Assembly (NCBI GenBank): GCA_013239625.1
Contig: MU054187.1
Span: 19,522,711-19,586,710 of the forward strand
Origin: Lama guanicoe
Lineage: Eukaryota
Direction: 5' to 3'
DNA length: 64,000 bases
Of this stretch, positions 39,558 to 52,720 are shown piece after piece (within the stretch, counting starts at the first letter, position 1; each line of letters begins with the position of its first letter). The notes beneath the pieces are model-generated. The model saw nothing but the letters and a program-made list of their open reading frames with translations. It did not search any database and had not been told where the DNA came from. Made by a program: the position numbers and the translations under genes.

Positions 39558-41629
39558 ATGCTGAGAATTCAACCGGGCAGATGATGATGACTTCTGGCGG
39601 ACAGCTTTAAAGAGTCCTCTGGGGTTTTGCGTAACTCCTGACATGTTTTCCTGAACCAAAGGGAAGAGAGTCAAGGTTTTATTATCTCACCTGTTGAGAG
39701 ATGGCCTACAGTCCTTACAGATACAGAGTGACTAGCGCTCGGAGGATGATTGTATATTGAAAGAGCTAATAGGGCTGCCTGATCAGAAGACACAGGGTAG
39801 AGATGGGGTAGTCGTCAGAGGGAAATAGAGAAACTGACATGTGGTGGTGTTATTAGACAAAACAAATGGCAAACTACTATAGATAAAATAGATGAGCAAC
39901 GACATCCTAACCAAACAAAACAAAACAGAAAAATGAAATGGGAATACTTTCTGATGTGACTATAAAACGAGACAGACAAAGGAAATCTTTAAAACAGTAA
40001 GATGGAGGTGCTCGACACTTTTTTGGCATTTGGGAAGGCAACATTGATATATTTTCTCAAAATGGTAGGAAAAGAAAAAGCACGCCAAATTTCTTCTGTG
40101 TTTTCTAGATTTCTTCTCAGCAGTGGCATGGAAATCATCCAGTCAACAGATAGAACCTCTTCTGTTTATGAATTGAGACACTCCAGATACAGTTGGCAGG
40201 AGCAAGATCTCACCTCAAATGTGGGGACTTCTAAGTGAATTTTAAATCTCCAGAAATCTCACCTTGCCCCAAGCCCCTCCATCACCAAATGCCAATCCTC
40301 AGTATGAGTGTTAATAGTGAATGAAATGGATCCATAGTCTCTTTATGGCCCCTTGACCCTCTCTTATTGGTTTATCACAAAAGGATACTTTGTAGGAGAA
40401 AGCCAGGCACCACCAAGCCCTGTGGCAGGGTGTAGACTCTGGGTCAAAGGGTGACTCACAATACATGCCTGGAAGAGAACAGTGGTTCCAGATGGAAGAG
40501 GGTGGGATATTTAGATGCTACAAAAATTATTTTTGAATAGTTCCTGCTTCTCCATTACCCTCTAGGGAACGTAAATTTTGGAATTCTATATTAATCCAGG
40601 CTTAGAGGGAGAAATATTTTATACACTTTTGTTTCTGGGAAATCAAATCTGGAAATTATCACAGTGAGCTAGTAGAGAAATGATACAGCATTATTTTATC
40701 TCCTGAAAAAGCATGCCTGAGCCTGAGGTTCTGTTCAGATAAAAATTGGCCAACAGCCAATTCATTGGTTCTACACTAGTTCCCCCAGGTTGTGGAAAAA
40801 TTCCAGAAATGACGGCTTTTTTCCTGTGCTGGGTTATCAGGTATGGACTCCACCCTGCTGTTCTGTTCCAGTGGTTCAGTTACTGGGAAAGACTACAAAG
40901 AGCAGGAGCAGAAACATTTACTTGCCTTCTCACCAGCCTTTAATTATGTGTCTAAAATGGAGCCAAGGCATGAAAACCCTTTGGGTGGATGTAATCTGCT
41001 GGAGCCCATTGCACAGGCGAGGTCCACGAATGCACTGAAATGGTGTTGAGAGTTTTATGAGTGTAAATATATGTACATCCCTTTCTGTGGGAAAAAGTTT
41101 ATATTTTTCATCAGCTTCTCAATGGAGCACTGACCCAGGAAAGTTTAAGAACTATCATAGAAGATTTAAAGCTTTGAGTGAGTGACTCTGCTCTGAGGGG
41201 AAAGGACTATAAAGGAAGAATTTGTAATGAACACAGTTTGATAATGTCTTCTAGTGCAACACGGCATAAAACTGACACTCCAACGTACAATCGTGATTAG
41301 TTTGAGTCATACTGCAATATGCACAGTCACTTGGCTCCTGCATTGTGTGCAGAACTGCATGTTGATGTAATTTGCACAGTTTCAGACACTTAGGGGAATG
41401 GAGGCTGATCTGATGCCTTACTGAAGGTTACTTCTCTAGTTAAGGATGTTCTTAAAAGTGGTGGGACCTGAGTAGTGTGATTTAAGGGAAGGAGTCTTGA
41501 TGAAATAAAAATGACCACTCCTCTTATGTTGGTTTAAATGATTGCTTTTCTGATACCTAGAATGATGAGGAAAATGGAACCAGAAAATGATCAAAGCTTT
41601 AAATAGATTAGAAAAAGTCCAACGTCCAG

Positions 41630-42010
41630 TCATTCATTCAACATGTATTTACTGAGCATCTACTTTGTTCTGGACCGGAAGCTGGATATGCAAAGATAAT
41701 AAAGGCAGACAAGATTCCTTCCCTTAAGACTCTGCATGCTGCTGGGGAGACAGGAAATAACCAGTAAACAAAACACAGAATAACAGATAATAATAAAAGC
41801 CCTAAAATAATTAAATCAGAGACTAATAAGAAGAACAAGGGGTCTTGACTTCAAATAACGTGGTCCAGGAAGTTGTCTCTAAAGGACATCATTAAGGCAG
41901 AGACTTGAGGAGAAGACACCAGACTGGGAAAGAAGAGGGAGAAGATAATTGCAGACATGAAAACAAAGATCTGGGGCAGAAAATATGCTGACATGTTCAA
42001 CATACATGGT
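41630..42010 (-). mobile_element. L2 LINE 3' portion
   Basis: 'tcattcattcaacatgtatttactgagcatctact' terminus. Confidence 0.75.
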
Positions 42011-43629
42011 AAGGTTAACAATAAGAACCACCATGTTTGTGTCACAGTCCTCTGAAAAGTCTCCCTAGTTTAGAACGGTGACCCAAGTTGCCTCATGTTC
42101 AGTGTAGCTTCCATTATTTTTTGAATTAGTTAAATAACATCATTAAAAAGCAGACCAACACCAGGTACCAAAGCTTTGATGACTGTGATCAAATACATGG
42201 AAGCTGCTAGAACAACATATTTCAATAGCATATAGAACAAATTACTGAAATGTAAAGAGTAAAAATCCTAGAACATGATTCATTTTTAAGCTTATCTAAG
42301 TAATCCTAGCTGTTTCCAGTTTTTAATTGAGTGTTCCTAAACCAGATCTCACTTTAATTTAATTGAAATGCTGTCTCTCCCATTTTGAACGGGGAATGTG
42401 TTTAATTCCTAATTGGAGGAATTACCCATTCCTAGTTCTGCTGGATTTACAGCAGGATTGTTTTCTCCATCTTGAGTGTCTGGCGCTCTCACAGCCTGAA
42501 TCCCCAGGAAGTCCTGTTCAGCTACATTGGGAAATCGCGTCAAGCAAGCACATTGCTGTGCATCAGCCCTTCCGTGCTTTCAGTGCATCCCCTCACTTAC
42601 AGAGGCTTAAGATACGGTTTGGAACCTTGACCACCGCTTTTGTGTGCTGACCCTTTCTTCAGGTATTGAGGAAAACATTTTTATCAAGAAGGTTTGCATT
42701 CCCAAACTCACTCAGTAACTTCCTAAATGGTCAAATCACCTTTCACCTTGAAACTCTCAGGGGGGAAGAGGGGGGAGACTAAAGAGATTTCGTAATGAAA
42801 TGTGTCATTTTAAAGATGTTCTAATTCTTTTGTCCTTTAATGGATGATCTGGCCAAGGAATGAGTACAGATTGAAACAGAACCCCTAGGCACAGAGGCTA
42901 TGGCTTCCAGGGAAGGATTTGACATTTCGCCGGAGCCGTGTGGCTCTCATACCTGGTGGGACATGAGCTGTCAGCTCAGGCAGGTCAGTGACCAGGCCTG
43001 GCAAATGACTCTGGAAGAGAAACTTCTCTTGGAAATTGTTGCTTGTCTTCTCCCAATGAGGAACTTCCAAAAAGTGAAGTTGCAAGTTTCCTATGTTGGA
43101 AGGATAATCTATGTTTGGAAAAACTTGGACAAATGCAGAAATATAAATAAAGCAAAGGTGGCTTTTACCCAGAAAGAAATATCTTCAGGAAAGATGGTGA
43201 TCATAGCCTATCTGATTGTCTGAAGTGAAACTGATGTGGACTAGGTAGAAAGAGGTGCTGAAAACTTCCTAGAAGACTTGAGGGCGGGGCTGTGCAGCTT
43301 GACTGCCTGCCACCCCCCCCCCACTGCTGACGTGCTCGTGAGAACTGCCAGCAGGGAAAGCACTTAAAGGAGCACAATTTGTCTTCCTGTCATCCCTTGC
43401 TCATGATTATGTTTAGCTTCTGATCAGGAAGAGGCTGAATATCTTCAAGAAAATCTAATAGATTTATTTATACCTCCCTTTCCTCGGGGGATGAAATCTT
43501 AGATAGGTGGCCACAAATTATGTAATCAATTTTCCATCAGCTTTTTCCCAGTGACTTCCACATCTATTTTGTGTCCTAGATTTCCTCTCCTCGCCTGCCT
43601 TTCTGTTTTTAGATCTTATGTTCGATCAT

Positions 43630-43850
43630 CGTGGCATAGTAGCAAACGGAGCACTAAACTTGGAGTCAGAAAACTGGTTGTGTGTGATTTGGGAACATGT
43701 CACTTAACTTTCAACAGCCGTAATCTCCTAATCTTATAAAATGAGAATTGTAACACCTACCTGTGTATCAAAGATACTTGCAAGCATCAAATGGATATTA
43801 TTATGAAAGTCTTTTGTGGGTTGTAAAAGCTTAAATGTCGATTGTTATTT
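43630..43850 (+). mobile_element. MIR SINE
   Basis: 'gtggcatagtagcaaacggagcactaaacttggagtcagaaaactgg..taaaatgagaat'. Confidence 0.7.
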
Positions 43851-43989
43851 ATTTGTCTTACATTGGCTTTGGGGAAGAGGGTTGATTCTAGATTGTTAAT
43901 TTCTCAGATGTTGTGGAGATTTAGCGATGAAAATATCAAAAAAGATTAATGTTCTAAATTTCTCTGTCAGCAGTATGAAATATACTTTA

Positions 43990-44135
43990 GGAGGGCACAA
44001 GAATCACCTGGAGGGTCTTGTTAAGTACAGGTTCTGATCTGGTAGATCTGGGTGGGGTCTGAGAGCCTGCATTTCTGCAAGCTCCTAGGGGAGCTCAAAC
44101 TGCTTTTCCATAGACTGACTGCACATTGAGTTTCA
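43990..44135 (+). mobile_element. MER5-like hAT-Charlie DNA transposon fossil
   Basis: 'agaatcacctggagggtcttgttaa..gtagatctgggtggggtctgagagcctgcatttct..aagctcc'. Confidence 0.75.
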
Positions 44136-44932
44136 AGGGATCAAAACGAATGAGGAAATGGGAGGAGGTAACACAAGGGAGGGGAGTGATGAAGGCAGAA
44201 CCTTTGTGTCCTCCATCCTTGCCTCTTGGTATCATATTGGTGAAATGAGTTAATGTAATAGTAGCTTAAGAAATCTTTCTGCTAATACTGTTAAGTATCT
44301 GAGCATGGTTTGCTGTTCTTAACTAAGTGTATTTCTCAGGGAGTTAATTTAGCACAAGAGATACATAGAAGAAACTGTGGCACAATTAGGAACATGCCAG
44401 CCCTGCTTGTGATCTTCTACCTACATGGGAGCAAATGGGAAATTCAGTTTGTAGAAGAAGCAGTCTGTGTTCTGCCAACTGGGAGCTGATCCAGTGACGA
44501 TAAGATCATTAACCTCTGTGAACTTAGCCATATTTAAAGAGTATACTCTTGGGACTCTAGGATAATGGATAACATGTCTTGATTGGACATTGTGAACTAA
44601 CATCCTTGTCATTCACATTTAGAACCAAATGACTTCCTTCTGGCATTTGCACAGTGATTTGGTAGCCTGCCATGAGTGAGAATAATTTTCCGTGTTTCTG
44701 AGTTGACGCCTCTGATTTATAGCTATTTGTAAAAGCTGGCCCTCAAAAGGGGTGGAAAAGTCAAGAAGGAAATTACTTTACGACAAATGACTCCAAACGA
44801 AGGGCCGACGATGAAATTCTTAAAATACTGTAATAATTCTGTAAAGGCTTAGGTTTATGGTATATATGTGTTCTTGAGCCAGTTCAAATATGCAACCATT
44901 GCCCTTTTATTTTTGAGATAAAGTGCTGTCTT

Positions 44933-45342
44933 TGTTACGGAAACCCGACAGGCCAGCCAAGAAACAAGTACCACTCGGAGGGTTGGAGTACTCAGATGTA
45001 TTACGCCAGCGGGCTCAGAGGGGCTTCTGCTCCGAAGCTCTGAGCACCTCCAAGACGTGCGCATGAGGTTTTATAGGGTAAAGTACAAATTTGGGGTATT
45101 CGGCCAACAGGCATGGAACAGCTTTAGCAGCATTATCAAAAGTGGAGGTGAGGAGGCAGCAAACCAACATTCCAAAGCCAGATATGTATCTTTGAAAATC
45201 CAGCTGGCTAGCAAAAAAACATAAACAGCAAACCAACACTAATTAGCTTAGATTTACAATTTAGTCCAGCAGAACTCAGATCAGTATTCAATACTTAGAC
45301 TTGTGAGTTATCTTGTTAGCCCAGTCTAGCTTTTCCTTCACA
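44933..45342 (-). mobile_element. ERV1-class solo LTR with 4-bp TSD TCTT
   Basis: TG...CA termini (minus strand starts TGTGAAGGAAAAG), TCTT at 44929-44932 and 45343-45346, minus-strand TATAAAA at ~45069-45075, CpG-rich R/U5. Confidence 0.88.
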
Positions 45343-45949
45343 TCTTGGCTCTTTGTTGGCTACCAAAATAACCACTCCTAAAAATGTGCTGTTATGATTT
45401 GTAATAAAGCTAAAAAGGCATAAAGTTTGCATAGGCACCATTGTCTAAGATTTGCTGCTTACCTAGTCACTCCACTTGGATCACCAGAATTTTGGTTAAA
45501 ATTCCCTACAGGGGAACATCCAGTGAAATATCTATTTTACACCAATAACTGTTAGGGTTCTTTGGCTTGTTGTTTTATGTTAAAAAAGGAAATCAGAAAA
45601 TAACTCAGTTTGTAAGTGAATCTCAACTACATACGTGGAGGTCAACTTTCCATGTCAGTAATTATAGACCTATGTCATTATTTGAAATTGCTGCATAATA
45701 TACTCTTATACAAATGTTCTAAAAACCTGTTTTTTCCTTTATTTCTCTCACTGACACATCTTTGAAAATTTTCTTAAACTTAGTTCCTAGAAGTAGAAAA
45801 GAATCAAACAGTACAAAATTTTTCAAAGTGTTTTTAATAGCTCAGCTTAAGCTATTTAAGCTATTTTGTAGTTCAACTTAGCTTAAACTGACTAAAAAAT
45901 GCAAGTTAGTAATCATATTTGATAGGCGAATGAGAGAAACCTAGTATGT

Positions 45950-46185
45950 GGCTGTATGCGTGGTGATTATGAGCACTGGCTTTGAGGAAGCTTACCTGAT
46001 TCAAATTCCTACTTGCCAGTTGCATGACCTTGAACAAGGTCTTAACCACTCTATGCCCCTATTATAAAGCAGGAATTCTTTACAAGGACCTACCTGATAG
46101 GTTATTGTAAGAATAGAGTAGGATTATGTATACAATACACCAAGCAGAGTGCCTAGTTCATAGTACAAAATCAATAAATTATTAT
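45950..46185 (+). mobile_element. MIR SINE
   Basis: 'catgaccttgaacaaggtcttaaccactctatgcc..acctacctgataggttattgtaagaat'. Confidence 0.75.
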
Positions 46186-46363
46186 TTAACTTTCTTTACC
46201 TAGGCAGAGTAAAATAGAAAAGGGAGAAATTGCCTACTAAAATTGCTCTTTATGTTACTCAGGAGAAGTGATAGAAATTTCCACAACTTTCCTCCCAAAA
46301 CTATTTAAAAACATCCTAAACCATTTCAAATTAATTTTTCCCTCTCCTTCATTCCATATATGT

Positions 46364-46705
46364 GGTTAAATTAATTAAACAAGGGGACAATTTGACCGAG
46401 GGGCTTCTAATGTCTTAGCAGCCCATGTAAACAAAACAGGCTAAACCTGTACACATCTCAAGGTTAAGGAATCGGAACCTAAGGACACCCCATCACGAAC
46501 AGCCAACTGGGCTTTTCCAAAGAAGGCAAGTGGTTAAGCTACAGCCAATCAAGTGCTTTCTTCACTTTGCTTCCACGTCTTCTCTCTAAGCTCCTATTGG
46601 TGGAGGGCTCCCTACCACTAACAGTTTGGTGCTACCCAATTAGAATCTACTTTTGCTCCAATAAAATCTTAAAAATTGTAATATGCCTCAGTTTATCTTT
46701 CAACA
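46364..46705 (+). mobile_element. Old ERV1 (MER4-group-like) solo LTR
   Basis: 'gttaaattaattaa' start, agccaatc box, AATAAA and end 'gtttatctttcaaca'. Confidence 0.7.
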
Positions 46706-46844
46706 CTGATGGTATAGGATCCCTGGAGGAAGTGCTTTGATTTGTTGGCCAGTAAGGGACCAAATTATCTGACTAAACTGCTTGGGACCTGCTCTTCACA
46801 AAGTGTTGTGGGTTCTGTCAAGTTATTTGCACTTTGCTAATTAA

Positions 46845-46976
46845 TTTTTTTTATTTTTTAAAATTTGGGGGATCATTAGATTGATTGATTGATTTTTTAA
46901 TGGAGGTACTGGGGACTGAACCCAGGACCTCGGGCATACTGAGTGTGTGCTCTACCGTTTGAGCTACACTCTCCCC
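46845..46976 (-). mobile_element. tRNA-derived SINE (Vic-1-like)
   Basis: Reverse complement of the A/B-box head with a T-rich tail. Confidence 0.88.
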
Positions 46977-48682
46977 GCTGCACCCTACTTTAAACTCTCA
47001 ATATGGGCAGAAAGAAATCTTTCCTGTGCTCCATCTGATGCTTGGCAATAGACATTAAAAAAAAAAAGAAGAATATTTTTAAAACACTGAAAAGTGCAAG
47101 CTAAAACAACTTAGTCTGCATTGTTATATAAAAAGGATTTTTCTCATTTCCAGAACTATCCCTATTAATGTACATAGGTAAGGTGGCAGGGGTAAGTTTA
47201 ATTAGATTACTTTTTTAAAAACTGAAAATATAATTTGATATTGGCTCAGCCTCCTTCAGACTCCTTCAGTTAATGTCTAATCATGTTGACTATTTAAAAA
47301 AGCAGAATTTGACCTTTGTACTTAAGTGACTTCCCAGACCAACATAATTTGGTAAAAGCAGAAAAGACCCACACTGAATGTCATAAGGGTTTCCACTTTA
47401 TCAAAAAATAAAGGGGGGGGGGATCTGCCTGATGTCCCTTTTATCCCAGAAAGAGTTCCCTTGTACTTAGCCCTGATCTTGCCAGATCTGCTTGGTCATG
47501 ACTGGTGATGAGACAGCCAGCCAAGCAGGCAGGAGACAATCATGAGCGTTGAGACCCCAGGGCATCCCATTCGGTGATCACAAGGCAGGCAGGCAGCTCA
47601 CCCTGCACAGCGGGCCCTGCTGAGCCGCACAGCAGTCGTCATACAGCTGTCGTCAGAGAACTGTTGTGTTACGTTATGTTATGTTGTGTTATGAATGCCC
47701 AGGCTATAGAAGTGCAATGAGGCAACGTCTAAGGCGGCGTCTTCGCCCTTCAGGTATCATTCTTAACAAAGGAGAGTGAATGGTAGAGCGGAGCACCACT
47801 CCACATTCATGCTTAAGCAGATCCGATCAACTACCTTCCTTAAACCTATCCTCAAAGAACAGCATGAAACTCACTAACGTTTTAGTTTTGTTCTCAACTG
47901 ACTTCCCTCAACAGTCATCCGCCTCCGCATCTCGCCGCACCTTGTACTCACTGAGGAGTTACTTGAAGGCTGGACCTTTTTCCCATTCATCTTTCTTCAG
48001 TAAGAATGTTTGTTGAATGAATGTCTCCGCCCCTTGAATTTAGATTGCAATTTGCTTGTTCAAGGTGGTGTCTAACATACTGTTGCTAACAATTACTGTA
48101 TAGAATTTTTCTATAATTTTATCACTATATTTATTGGGGTCAAAAAACCTGAGGAGGGGAAATGACTTCGTGTTCTTCTAGCTTACAAATCGTACTTTTA
48201 CTTTCTGAGTAAATACTACAAATAGTGATATTCAATGGAATATTTGACAATGTTGCCTTCTTTCTATTTTCGCCAAGTAGATTTATTTTTCCTTTCTGTT
48301 CACCTGTGAGTTATTTCAGTGTTTCCCTGGGACTTATTTCAAATACCTTCTCTCCATTTCTCACCCACTACCTACTGATGACCAAAAGGAGGCAAAGATG
48401 CTTCAGTTTAAACATTCGCTGGCTGTAGAAAGGTCTGACCAAAAGTGACCTCACACATCTACCGGCTGATCCAATAAAATAGACATAAGTCAGCACGAAG
48501 ACTGAGTGGATTTCTGTGTCCTGCAGGAATTCTAGACTCATTGAACTATAAACACAGTTACCCAATACACAGAAAACTGAAAGGAGTTTTCTTCTGTGCT
48601 TTTCTGACTGTTTCCTGTGTCCTTCCCACTCAAATGTTTTTGCACTTGCATCAACAATTCAGAAATCTACAATCAACATGAA

Positions 48683-48867
48683 ATGTCTTCAGTATAGCAC
48701 AGGGAACTTTATTCAATATCTTGTAATAACCTTTAATGAAAAAGAATAGAAAAACAAATATACGTATATATATGCATGACTGGGACATTGTGCTGTACAC
48801 CAGGGACTGACACATTGTAACTGTCTATACTTCAGTCAAAAACAAAAAAATAACAAATTAAAAATAA
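48683..48867 (+). mobile_element. Camelid-type L1 3' end with 12-bp TSD
   Basis: Flanked by aatcaacatgaa at 48671-48682 and 48868-48879. Confidence 0.9.
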
Positions 48868-49856
48868 AATCAACATGAACTCTGTACATATTAGATACTG
48901 AGTGTGCAACTGGAAATGGTAGTTTGAATCTATACTCCATGTTACACGTGGAAATAAATCTTAATCATATTACCAATTCATGGACTCCCCTGTCTTTTAT
49001 GATTTCTAAACAAGAAAAATCCCTTGGCTTTCTTGTGGGATCAGGAATTTAACAGGAAATCTGTTAAATCAGTTATTTCACTATCTCTGGGTTATGTATG
49101 TGACTTACCAGAGAAACAGAGAAGCAGACAGATTTCCTGTTTATAGTTGAAAATTCCAGACCCAGCCACGTGAAGAGGAAAGAAGGGAAAGTTAAATGTG
49201 GCAGCCTATTAAAATGGCATCTCATTGTTTTTCATTGTCTGTAGAATTCCTAAGAAATGGAATTGTCTTGACTAGGCTGTGTGAGAATCCAACCATCTAT
49301 TTTATTTTCAAACTCAGCATAGATGTCTGTGTGCAGGGGACTGTGGTCAGAGCTGGCGAAGTGGAACTCGTTCATGCATTTACTTCTTCAGCAAACATTT
49401 CCAAAGCCTCTTTACGAGTTGAACACTGAGCTGGAAATTTTTTAAATCAAAATATTTTAAATTAAAATTGTCTTCAATGGAGCTCTCAGACTGGAATTGT
49501 AGCTGTCGATAAAGTGCTACATTGCTGTGTAACTCAGTGGAGGGAGTTATTAAATTCTCCTCCGAGCCAGGTCAGAGAATTCAGCAGGGGACTGATGTCT
49601 CCTGAAAGATGATAAGGAATCCACTGGATGGGAAATAGGGTGGGGTGGTGGGGGATAAAATTATTATCTCTGTCTACATGGAATTTCTCAAAGTTTGGAA
49701 AGCAGGCAGCTATCAAAAATAGAAAAGTTTGCATACATAGTAAGGTTATTTTAATATTAAATGGCCAATTATAGGCGATATCATGATACAAAATTTAGAA
49801 ATAATTCAGATCTTAGATCATCCAGATCAGAGACCCTTTTAAAGATGAAGAAATGA

Positions 49857-49990
49857 GGGGGGAAGTTATAGCTCAGTGGTAGAGTGTGTGCTTGGCATGC
49901 ACAAGGTCCTGTGTTCAATCCCCAGTACCTCCATTAAAGTAAATAAATAAAAACTTAATCACCTCCCTCTCAAAAAAAAAAATCAGACAA
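49857..49990 (+). mobile_element. tRNA-derived SINE (Vic-1-like) inserted in a MIR
   Basis: A box, B box, A-rich tail; degenerate TSD aaagatgaagaaatg / aaatatggagaaatg. Confidence 0.88.
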
Positions 49991-51488
49991 AATATGGAGA
50001 AATGGGGACCATGCAATGGCAAAGGAGTTCCACAAGGTCACCCAGCTGTGGGGCAGTAGAACCAGGATCCAAGCCCATGACTTCAGATGCTCAGGTATCT
50101 TATCTATTCTGATTCCCTTTATTAGTGGAATCTATCAAGACAGTATATTTGACATCATTCACTTTATTTTTTTTTACAACTAATCATTGACGAACCTGAT
50201 ACATACATACAGTTTTATATACAGTCATTATTTGGAACACTGTTATACAAGAACAAAATACAAAAAAAGCCTGCATGCTGAATGTAAGTATTCATGTTTA
50301 TGTATGACATAGGGACAGACATGCTAATAACAGTTTACGTATAAATAATGCTTTACACTTTACAAAGCGCTTTCGTAGGCATCACATATTTTGTCCTCCC
50401 ACATTGAATGTGTAGGGTGGCCATTATCGCCCCCATTGTACAAATGAGGGAATTGCAAGTTAGACTTTGTAATGTAATGCTACACAAGTTCTAAGCAGCA
50501 AAGTCAGGGCTCCAATCTGTTTTTCTACTGCACTTGCAGGATCCTTTCTATTACATTCCCATTGTTTCTCTAACACAGGAAATATACACATATGCAAATA
50601 TGCCTGCACCTTCCCATATCAGTCAGGTGTTTCATTAAGAGTCACGGTGACCTAGCAATTTTCTGAAAGCTTTCATGGACACAGAGCACCATTAATAATC
50701 TGAAAAAATGCAATTGTAGAAGACCAAGAATGAGTACCCTAAACCAAAGGCCAGATTATGCAAAAATACACATCCATCTCAACTTTCAACAAGGGAGTGA
50801 TATTATTCAGTCTTTTTAATGAATGTGAAACTTAGACTTGTCACAAATCCAGTTTTCAAAGCCTTTTAACTGCAGAAGCATCAATCTTTTTGTCCTGCTG
50901 GGTTATTCACCTGGCACTGGTAGACCAATTAAAGCCGTTGCTCTACAGTCAGTTACTAAGGGGAGGATTTTATGCTTCAGTCGGTAGTGCCCAAATTCCA
51001 ATCAGCATAACTGGGACCTGAGAATTCTCCATTCCATCACTCATCTTTTTTTTTTTTAATAGATAGAAAAATAGGAAAAATGCTTTTCCAAAATTTAGTC
51101 CCAAATTTGAGTAATTTGACCTTACTTTCTAAATTCTGCTGAAAGATGATTTAGATTTTGTGAAAGTTTAGCCTTATTTTATTGTTTTGTTTTCCCTATT
51201 GACCCACATTTTGCTATTTTTAAAACTCCACTTTTCCATATGTCATGGATAACGGCCAAGTATGTTGCTCCCATGGAAATAACAAAGATAAGAGGTAAAC
51301 ACTTGCTTCCCTAACAAAGGACTTGATTACATCTGAGTTGATTTTATGGTAATATTTCCACTACTTTTTGTTACTGAGGGTTACCCTAGGGACATTTGGT
51401 ACTCCTGACTTTGATGACCTTTACTCCACTTTAGTTGAAAGCCACATAAGAGACTACATTAAATGTCTAATTTTGAAAAACTTTGGCA

Positions 51489-51670
51489 CAGTGGTTATCA
51501 ACCTGGACATACCCTGGAATTTCCTGGGGTGTTTTAAGAAAACTGCTGATGCCTGGGTCTCACCCATCACCCATTGATTAGGGCTCAGTGGGTCTGTGGT
51601 GCAGTCTTGATACTGGGATGTTTAAAAACTTCCAGATGATTCTAATGTGCAGCCGTATTTAGGGAATGTA
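51489..51670 (+). mobile_element. MER5-like hAT fossil
   Basis: 'cagtggttatcaacct..' through 'ccagatgattctaatgtgcagcc'. Confidence 0.8.
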
Positions 51671-51818
51671 CTACCATGTTTAGAAGAAATTATCCAAAAG
51701 CTAAGCCAGTGTCTTTTAAAGAAATCACCAGGTAAATCTTTAGCCAAGAATTAGAAATATACCAGTCACATGAAACTAAGACTTACTAATAAAATCCATG
51801 TGCTGTATTACTTCTAGG

Positions 51819-52021
51819 CAGTGCTTTTGCTAGTGAGTGTTTAAAACCATCTCCTCAAGGAACAAATCTCTCATTGGTTGTGTTTTGCTTTTTCCCCTGG
51901 TGTAAATATTCTCACCACGGCTGATTTCACATTACCAAGGGTTTAACAAACAGCTTGCCGAATTCTTAAAAATCCAACTATCAGGTCTTACGAGACAATT
52001 GGAGCCAACTCCAGCACACTG
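51819..52021. mobile_element. MER63-like hAT-Blackjack fossil
   Basis: 'tggtgtaaatattctcaccacggctgatttc' and terminal 'gagccaactccagcacactg'. Confidence 0.65.
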
Positions 52022-52479
52022 GAGGGTGACTTCTAGGAGAATTAACATCACGTAAGGTGCTCGTCCTTTGGGGATTAAATGCATTTACTTAGGATTTGTT
52101 TTGGTTAGAGTAGATAATCATCAATTGCCTTTTTAAAAAGTTGCTGAGATTAGCAGAGTTATGTAGCAATGTTTGATGGCTTTCCTGTGAATTTGTCTTT
52201 TTCCACATATATATATATATATATATATATATTTTGAAGTGTAGTCAGTTTACAATGTTGTGTCAATTTCTAGTGTATCGGTGGATTCATCTTAATAGGC
52301 TTCTTGATTGTTTTTATTTTTATGAAAATAATATTCTTAATAAAGTTAGTCACTTGGTGTGCAAATCAACATCAACAGCTCTGAGGTCCTGTGAAGTTCT
52401 TTTTATTTTGAGTTATAATCAAATGATCTATTTGAATATCATGTGCATCACTAGATAAATAATAATAACAGAAGACAAT

Positions 52480-52720
52480 TCTATCTTGCTTTTCCTGTGC
52501 CAAGCACTGTTCTAAGCACTTGTATTAACTTATTTCTTACATGTATTAACCTATTTCTTACTCCCAACTCTCTGAGGCAGGTTCTATTATTATCTCCATT
52601 TTTTCAGCTAAAGACCCTGAGGATCTGAGAGGTTAGATAACTTGCCCAATGACACACAGCTAGCAAGTAGCAAACTGGAATTTGAACTAGGCAGTCTGAC
52701 TACTTCTATCCAGCTTATAT
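52480..52720 (-). mobile_element. MIR SINE
   Basis: 'tgtgccaagcactgttctaagcac..gagaggttagataacttgcccaatgacacacagctagcaagt'. Confidence 0.8.

Noticed and set aside
39580..39656. Possible C/D-box snoRNA (ATGATGA ... CTGA)
   Set aside because: No terminal stem, no evident host intron and no recognisable rRNA guide; such short boxes occur by chance.
49047..49069. 9-bp perfect hairpin ATTTAACAG-gaaat-CTGTTAAAT (similar 8-bp stems near 5160 and 9052)
   Set aside because: AT-rich stems of this length are expected by chance in 64 kb.
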